20,000 nt of DNA, from assembly GCA_000934665.2 (NCBI GenBank), contig JYFJ02001708.1, forward strand, positions 51,518 to 71,517, read 5' to 3'. The DNA comes from Catajapyx aquilonaris (Eukaryota). A model generated the notes under the pieces. That model did no database searches. It was not told the DNA's origin and saw only the letters and a list, made by a program, of their open reading frames with translations. Below, in pieces: positions 10,051 through 17,524 of the stretch (positions are counted from its first letter, which is position 1; the number at the start of each line of letters is the position of its first letter). Both the position numbers and the translations under genes were made by a program.

Positions 10051-13016
10051 AAGCTTGCTTTGCTTGCTTGGACCACCTCCTCTCTCCTTCCTTCGATTTG
10101 TGAGTTCAATCCATCCAATTCCAGTCAAATATTTGCCTTTCCCGCCCTCGAGCCAATATCATGCTGCGGTTCCACCACCCAACCCACCAGGAAAACCCAC
10201 TTCCTCAGGATTTATGCGCCACACTAGCCCGAATCGTTTTAATTTCCGCGCCACAAACTCAGCACTCACTCGCCCTTTTTGCCAAGAAAATCGCGTGGAA
10301 AGTAGAAGGAATTAAAATATCAAGCCCATCTTCACTATTAAAATAATATCCTGCTAATTGACTTTCTGTCTGTTGTTTGTCCGAGCTGATAGTACCACTA
10401 CCCTGCGTACGATGGCAGGAGTGTGCAGAGACAGGATGCGCCATCTATACAGTACTCGCGCGTTGAAAAAAAAATATGGTGGAGTACTGTGCGTGCAAAT
10501 ACATTTTCCACGCGGCGGTTGACTCAATCGGCATTTTGATCATGTGCAGCTATTAGCTCTCATTAACATAGAGTGCACTACTCATCATAGATTGCAGTCG
10601 GCTCGAGAGGGGTGGCTCTATTCCCCCCTCGAGGCCACCTGTCACGTTTCAGATAATGGAGACATATATTTTAATTGACTGTTAATATTTGTAATTACCT
10701 GGGCGCTCACTGGTTCAGCAATCATCAGCAGCTCGTAATGAAGATTTCATCTTTTTTTTAGGGGGGCGTCCCCAGGCTAATTGATGCGCGGTAGGGAGAC
10801 GCCCAAAAATTGAGGTAGAGAGCCATGTAACTTTTACCCCCCGAAAATGACTCTCCATTTTTAGCTCTCTCTATAATAATTTCTCCGTGCACCAGCTTTG
10901 GAGGAAATAATAGTTTCATTTCCGGTGGACCGAACCTCGTTATTGTCCCTCCATACTTCTCTCTCTGGAAGGCCAAAGATGGCGCCTATTGTCTGCGGAT
11001 GACCCACATCTTCCTGACCACCAGCATCCCAAAAAAGAAGCAGGAAGTGAAAAAAAAAGAAGTTAAGTCTCTGCATGCGAGGAATTTTTTTTCCGGTTCC
11101 CGAACAAATTGAACACTAATTGTTATCAAATGCAATTTGGAGGCGTTGGTTGGGCGTGCCTCATACGCCGTTGTAATACACGATGGTGAACTTGCCCAAG
11201 TCCGCAGTTCATTTGATATGTATGCTCAAATATTTTAAATATGCAGCGGAAATTTGACCGCAATATTAAGTCTCAACTATGCCCCATTCACATAATAGCC
11301 TAATTACTGTAAAACAAAAACTTCAGCAGTTTGTTATTATTTCATCCCCAAGAGCAGAATACGTTTAGTATATTTCCTTGATACAAGGTGAAAATACCCG
11401 TCGGGTACAGCAGGCAAAAGGGCTAGTTAATTCAAGAAATGTTTGCAGTATAGTGCACGGTACACAAGGCTCGAAGGCACCGGGGGGAAAAATTAATATA
11501 CCCGGTCTCTTGTTTCTATACTGTATAGATCAGGATGCTATGTTGATGCTGGAAAAGAGAAGGCAATGCCCTCGGGGCTATAGAAAAAAAAAAATATTGT
11601 GTCTCCAATAAAAATTCGGCGCCCTCCTTTGAACTTTAAAACCCGGTCTCAAAAGACTCGATTCCGTTTCGACAAAACTTTGCAAGGCCGGAATTACCTC
11701 CGTGTTCACTCCTGCTTTTGCTAGTAGTAGTACAGTAGTTGGGGGGTTGGGTTTTCGCGAATCTAAATCATTGGATAAATACTGCGCCGCTCGAGACCTT
11801 CGCCAACTTGCCAAGGGTTAGTTTCCTCAGCCTAGCCAAGATTCCCGGAAAACCAGGACAATGTCAAACATGGCATGTTAATGCGACTGAATTGAATAAT
11901 GAATTCAGGTTCCAAGAGGCAACTTTTGCCTTAGTTGCGAAGTTGGATGGGTGGAAGTGGGTGGGAGACAAAGAGCAAGTATAAAAAATGTGCCCCAATT
12001 AGCCTAACTGTCAAGAGTTAACAACTTCAGAGAAGGTTGAAAAAAAAGGGAAGAAAATCGCATAATAGGCTCGAAACATCTCGTTATCAACTTTCAACAA
12101 GTTTCCGAATATCCGGCAAAAAAAATAATTGCAATGAAAGCACATCACGTATTTCCGGCGACGTGACATTTTGTCATCTACCGATCTACGTAAAATATTT
12201 TTGGAATTAATATTTAGACTCTATATTATGTATAACAAGAGGAAGCACATTCAGCCCAACAGTCACGGCCAAAAATTCCAGACCCAAATAACATGTTTAT
12301 TGCCCTTGCAAACATAGGTCTCCCAGAGATCTATTCTTCAGCGCAGCATGTGCCAATCCTGAAAAGAGAAAATCCTGTTTCCGCGGATATAAGTTAGGAG
12401 AAGAAAGAAAGTATATAGAGTGAGAGCATAGCTGCCTGGGCGCCTTTTGGCACATAAAACACCTTCCGGACGGCCGCAAATCTGATCTGGGCTTGGCAAA
12501 AGCCTCGTCCCAACAGAGAAGTTTTTGAGATCCGTCGATAACAAGGGGCAATCGAGCCTTGGAGGATTTCTTTTTTTGTTCTGCGCGCAGATCCTTAGCT
12601 GATGCTGAGAGGATCAACCGCAACTTGTGCAAATATTTGAGACTCTTCGAAAATAAAGAAATGATTTGTTCTCGAGCCAGGTACACACTTCTTCACACCT
12701 GTGGCCACCCTGCCGGATCCAGCCCGGAATGTCTGTACGGCCCCGTCGAGAGAGGCCTCATTAAAAAGGCCTTATCTTCATTGCGCTGCTTTTATCTCCA
12801 CAGTTCCATTTGGTTTATTGGGACAGGGCACTTTCAAAGTGTGACTCGCTGCCTTTACGACCAAACGGGGAAGGAAATTTTTTTCGGCGGGGAAGAGCAG
12901 GTTTTTTGAAGGGAAAAATAAGGAGCGATCGGTTATCCTGCTCGCGAATCATGCAAATTTTTTGCACGTATTTTGCACCGTTTTGCAGGATAGTGTCGAC
13001 CATGTGTTACTCTGCG

Positions 13017-13096
13017 CAAACTCAAAGTGATGCTAAGCTTCTGCGCGTGCGTCACCGCTCACGCATGAGCAGAAGCTTACCATCCCTTTGAGTTTG
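13017..13096. other. 80-bp near-perfect hairpin (pre-miRNA-like or palindromic MITE)
   Basis: Arm 13017-13052 versus the reverse complement of 13061-13096 gives 32/36 ungapped matches, with an 8-nt loop CACCGCTC. One of the four mismatches is a G-U wobble in plus-strand RNA. Confidence 0.85.
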
Positions 13097-13642
13097 GCTA
13101 CGCATGCGCATCTATTTGCCATGATAAAACCCTCCCATTCGGACAATGCGACACCTGCTAATAGGCTAATCCAAAACAGTGCAATAATTACATCCAGCCC
13201 AGCACAAAATCCACACGCCCCTCTCCATCTCTCCAAACCCGAATCCTCATGCTGCTGCCCAATCCCATTAATTATCGGAATCAGGCCCTTTTATTATCTA
13301 GCATTGGTCAAAGTAGGTTTTTGCAACAATGCTTCTCATTACCAAATTGCGTAATCCATTAGCCCCATTGTTGTCCCACCCTCCATTTCCAACACCACCT
13401 CCGGACAATTGCGGGTCCAGAATTGAAGACTCTGAATGCATTTTGTTGTGCTCCATGGCAATGGTCATTGTGGGCTGCCTCTGTCCCCATGGTTCCCAAA
13501 TGACGCTAATTCGTCAACAGCTGGCACCATTCGTCATCAGCAGTGACGCAATGACGCACCGACAAAATGGAGCTAAACTCTCCGCCAATTCAATTGGAGG
13601 GATTTTTATAACATCGCAGTCAACTATACAGTAGCAGTGACA

Positions 13643-13880
13643 ACTAGCAGTTACTCTACTAGCAGTTACTCTACTAACAGTTACTCTACTAGCAGTTACT
13701 CTACTAGCAGTTACTCTACTAACAGTTACTCTACTAGCAGTTACTCTACTAGCAGTCACTGCTATTTGAATACTAGTAACTACTGAGTAACTACTAGTAG
13801 TTATTCGACTAGCAGTGACTACTAGTTATTCGACTAGCAGTTACTGAACTAGCGGTTATTATACTAGCAGTTATAGCAGT
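13643..13880. repeat. 15-bp minisatellite (ACTAGCAGTTACTCT)n with degenerate, partly inverted tail
   Basis: Seven intact units at 13643-13747, an eighth diverging unit at 13748-13762, then degenerate ACTAGCAG-containing copies to ~13880. It explains the VTASR repeat in the spurious ORF 13514..13759. Confidence 0.95.
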
Positions 13881-14154
13881 TTTCTTGAGGTGGCAGTCAT
13901 TTTGCTTAGAGTTCAATGGACTGCGATGCAACGTTGCAGTGGTAGCGCGTAAAAGTTGTTCGCAACTTTTTTACTCTAGCTTCCTGGTATCAGACTCGAT
14001 AATGCGCCTTTTAGCCAGTAGGCCGCCATGATTATTGGCCATAGCAACTGGGATTGATCGTCGGCTGAGTTTAATGCGACGTTTTGATGCCGTCGTCCGT
14101 CACAAAGCAAAGCTTATTAGCTCAGAGTGCCTCCCCTCCCCCCTCTACCTTCCT

Positions 14155-14166
14155 CCCCCCCCCCCC
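14155..14166. repeat. C12 homopolymer within a C-rich tract (14133-14166)
   Basis: Twelve consecutive C, read directly. Confidence 0.9.
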
Positions 14167-14877
14167 ACTACTATTATTTTTTTTGTAGAACCGAACCGGA
14201 TGGAGCGGCAGGAATTTTGTCCCAAAGTTAGCAGCCCCCATAATGGCCACTTCCAGGGCCCCTAAAAAATTTAACGCTTCATGTATTATCAATCGGAACC
14301 GGAGAGGAAGACAGATTAGAAGGCGGCCATGACGCTGGCAGACATATAAAAGAGAGAAAAAGAGATGAGAGAAGGTATCGTCGGTTTGGTCACAGCGAGA
14401 TGACGTAGATGAGCAGGCAGTTTGCCCCGGGGTTTCCCCTCCAACTTCATTTGGAGCAGAAAGTGCCAAACTCCGGCTCCCCCAAATGAGTCGACGGGGG
14501 CCGTTTTCCTTCATCATTTCCACGGGAAACCTTGCTCCCAAACTTTTTGGCAGAATTTTCACAATCAAGATCTGGCAACGTCGCATCCGCACATGTAGCT
14601 GTTTCGCTACTGCAAATCACAGCAGCTACGCTTTTTCCGAGCTTCTAGTTGGCAAAAAATGATCTGAATTTTCACCGCGGTTTCTCACGACTTTTCGAGC
14701 TGATATTTTATCAAAGCATGTACGCTGGCCATAAATAACTTCGGGACTTCACAAGTCGGGGACTTAGAAAAACGGGATGTCAGTCGCTATTAATTATGCG
14801 CGCCACGAATGCATTTAGTCGCGTAATGCTGGATCTTGGTTGCATCTGTGCCGGGTGGGCGATATGAGAATAATAAT

Positions 14878-14901
14878 GGGTGGGGGAGGGTGTGTGGGGG
14901 G
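14878..14901 (+). other. Canonical G-quadruplex motif
   Basis: GGG-T-GGGGG-A-GGG-TGTGT-GGGGGG fits the G3+N1-7 x4 pattern. Confidence 0.55.
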
Positions 14902-15679
14902 ACTGAGGCCTCCTAAATCTTGGGGGTTTCTAGGAGCCGGAGAAATAATCACGGAATGGGTGATGAATCGAGGAATAAGAGAGTACCTGAGTTCTCTCGG
15001 CGCAAGGCAGCAATCACACGCCATGAATTATTCATCCTGGAGAGAAACCCGGAGTCTAGCCATTTCCTCTGGCAGTCATTACGACCAGACACAGCAAGGA
15101 TGATCTCGGCTCATTAAGCTTCTCCAAAGACAAGCTTCTTGCAGTAACGCCCCGCAGGCTACTCTCGCAACATTATTTCCGAGATGGGATATATATTCGG
15201 ACCCTCACATCCTATCGGGGTTGCTCCTCAGTGTTTACCCCGATTTGTCACGCTTTCCGTCAACCCTCCTCTGAGAAGGGTGGTATAATGTCATCCAGGT
15301 TAGTGATCCAACTTCGTGGAGTCTCCCGCTCTCCTAGGGGTGCTATCACGCAAATGGGGAGCACGAGGCTCGACCTCAAATATGACACGCTGTTCAAAGT
15401 TCATCGGCTCATTTTTTTTGAGCGCGCTTTGTGGGGGGATGGGGAAAGGTGTAGCATAATGGCTAATTGCTCTCAAAACTGGTGCAACCCACTGCATTGC
15501 GTTTCCAATTTAGCGGCCACCACTATGAAAGGCCGATGCACTCGTGTGAAATATGAAAGAGAACATGAGCATTGAGTAGTACTTAATACACAAAGTATCA
15601 GTTTAACTGAGGAACCGCCATGAATAACTGCTCTTTGCAGCTATGTAACTGCTTTTAAATTAACAATAACGATTAACAA

Positions 15680-16174
15680 TAATAACGGTTCTTAAATGCG
15701 TGGTCATATACAGCATAGCATCCCGCAATCAACGTAGCAGCTATGCGTAGCCGTTATTTTGCTATACCGGTATGTAATAAGTAACGGCTACAGTCGTAGC
15801 TGATACGTTGCGGCAAAATATAGCATAGCATCCCGCAATCAAAGTAGCAGCTATGGGTAGCCGTTATTTTGCTATACCGGTAAGTAGTATCCGCTACAGT
15901 CGTAGCTGATACGTTGTGGCAAAATATAGCATAGCAACCCAGTCAACGTAGCAGCTGTGGGTAGCCGCTATTTTACTATTTGTAAAAAAATACCGGCTAG
16001 AGTCGTAGCTGTTACCTGGTGGCAAATTATAGCAAAGCAGTACGCAAATAACGTAGCGGTAATGAGTTTAGAGCTGCTGTTTTACGTATAGTCAAATAAC
16101 GGCTACCCATAGCTGCTACGTTGATTATGTGATGTTACGCTACACTTGGCCCCAACTTTTAAGAGCTGTTATTA
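15680..16174. mobile_element. Foldback-type non-autonomous element: long inverted arms enclosing ~105-bp tandem units
   Basis: Units start at 15711, 15821, 15927 and 16030 (lengths 110, 106, 103). 15727-15759 matches the reverse complement of 16094-16126 at 32/33. 15680-15696 matches the reverse complement of 16158-16174 at 15/17. The repeat structure is directly visible; the transposon identity and exact ends are inferred. Confidence 0.7.
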
Positions 16175-16310
16175 ATCACGTTAGCGGATAGCATGACCTA
16201 CCTTGGGGAATAAGGTTAAACAGCTATTAGAGTAATGACCGTTACGTTAATAACAGTCAAATTGAAGCAACTTTCAGTGCTTCAAAGCTGGAAGTGTGCT
16301 GCTCAAAAAA

Positions 16311-16326
16311 GAGAGAGAGAGAGAGA
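16311..16326. repeat. (GA)8 microsatellite
   Basis: GAGAGAGAGAGAGAGA, read directly. Confidence 0.9.
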
Positions 16327-16716
16327 CCAGGGGGTGCGCGACTCCATGTGCATATCCGGCGTCCGGAACTGTTAAATTTCCCGCGGAATTATATCCTTCC
16401 CCCTTTCCCCCCCCCTGCTCCTCCTCTCCCCAGCCCCCCTCCTGCCGAAACACGACTCCGACTCTCGTTGAAGGCCCGCCTAAATTTTCATGAGAATTTC
16501 GGCAGGCGGGCGCACAATTGGAGCACATTTCCATGTGGCGGTGATTTCCTTGTCCAAATTACAAGTCGTAGCACTACTACTCTCCCCGGAATTGCGGTAC
16601 AGCGCGGGGGTAACATCAGGCCCTGAATTTTTTATCCGGGGAAGGCAGGAAACCTGCTCACACTTCCCGGACTGTTGTTTTTACTCCCGGAGTCTACAAG
16701 TGATCTCTCGTGTTCG

Positions 16717-16970
16717 TACAGGGTGGCACAAATCGCCCGAATGTGACGCCTCCAGCCTGGTTGCGCATGCGCAGTCCTCCAAGCAGATCCTGATGTGCGA
16801 GTGGGAATGGGGCGCATGCGCGACGGCTGCCCAGCGCAAAGTACGTCACAACCCTATGATGCGACATATCAAATTACTCGTAATTACATGGAAATTGCGA
16901 ATATATTACTAAGTTACGTGTAAGTTACACGTGCGATTTTAAACTGACTCGAGAAACATACCACCCTGTG
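16717..16970. mobile_element. Candidate decayed Tc1/mariner-type MITE (~250 bp)
   Basis: TA|CAGGGTGG at 16717-16726 and CCACCCTG|TG at 16961-16970. The 8-bp inverted termini are exact, but the right flank is TG rather than TA. Two GCGCATGCGC palindromes lie inside. Confidence 0.3.
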
Positions 16971-17242
16971 CAGTTTTCACGGTCCGGATGCTGCTGCAAA
17001 GCCCCAAAACCTAAGGAGGTTGGGTCGGAAGCCTACACCAGGAGCTCAGCCCAGCAACACACACAAACTTGGTTAGCAGGTGTTATTAAATTATACATGG
17101 CCGATCGGAATTCCCAAAGAGCTGGCGCGTTTGCCACGCCAATCGAACGTGTGCTGAATCCGGATCACCGCAATCTGGAGAGAGAACCTTGCTTTTCTAT
17201 GTAGCGACAGTGTGCACTGTGTCAGCAGAACTCTATGGGAGA

Positions 17243-17524
17243 TACAGGGTGATACAACACTGTTGTTCACTCCAGCAACCAGTTAAAATAATAATAATAA
17301 ACAAAGTTGGCCAACGCTGTGATTTTTGACTCACGTCGATCAGTAGTAGCTGTGATTAGTAGCAGCGATTAGTAGCAGTTCATTATTTGAGCTCCATATT
17401 TTCTCTCTCGGAAAAATTGTGGAAATAATTATTTCATTGTTGTCACCAATTATCTGCAATTAATGTCGCTACATTCTAGGCCTTTAAACTTCAGTTTTCC
17501 TGGAAGGCAGTGCACCACCCTGTG
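17243..17524. mobile_element. Candidate decayed Tc1/mariner-type MITE (~280 bp)
   Basis: TA|CAGGGTGATACA at 17243-17256 versus TGCACCACCCTG|TG at 17511-17524 gives a 10/12 inverted match. The right end is shared exactly (16 nt) with 974-989. Confidence 0.35.
17338..17379. repeat. Short 13-bp tandem repeat (GATTAGTAGCAGC), 2 copies plus 1 degenerate
   Basis: GATTAGTAGCAGC 17354-17366 and GATTAGTAGCAGT 17367-17379, preceded by GATCAGTAGTAGC 17338-17350. Confidence 0.6.

Noticed and set aside
13514..13759. ORF with VTASR/VTVSR peptide repeats
   Set aside because: It is only the translation of the 15-bp minisatellite.
13643..13880. CRISPR-like array
   Set aside because: The repeats are contiguous with no unique spacers, there are no cas genes, and the context is eukaryotic.
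13936..13950. GCAGTGGTAGCGCGT resembling a tRNA/SINE A-box
   Set aside because: No B-box (GTTCRANNC) at the right distance and no cloverleaf.
15711..16140. CRISPR-like or attC-like palindromic repeat array
   Set aside because: Whole units are homologous end to end, so there are no unique spacers or cassettes. No cas or integrase gene is present.
16399..16439. C-rich tract as a minus-strand G-quadruplex
   Set aside because: C/G runs are ubiquitous in this window, and nothing distinguishes this one from low-complexity background.
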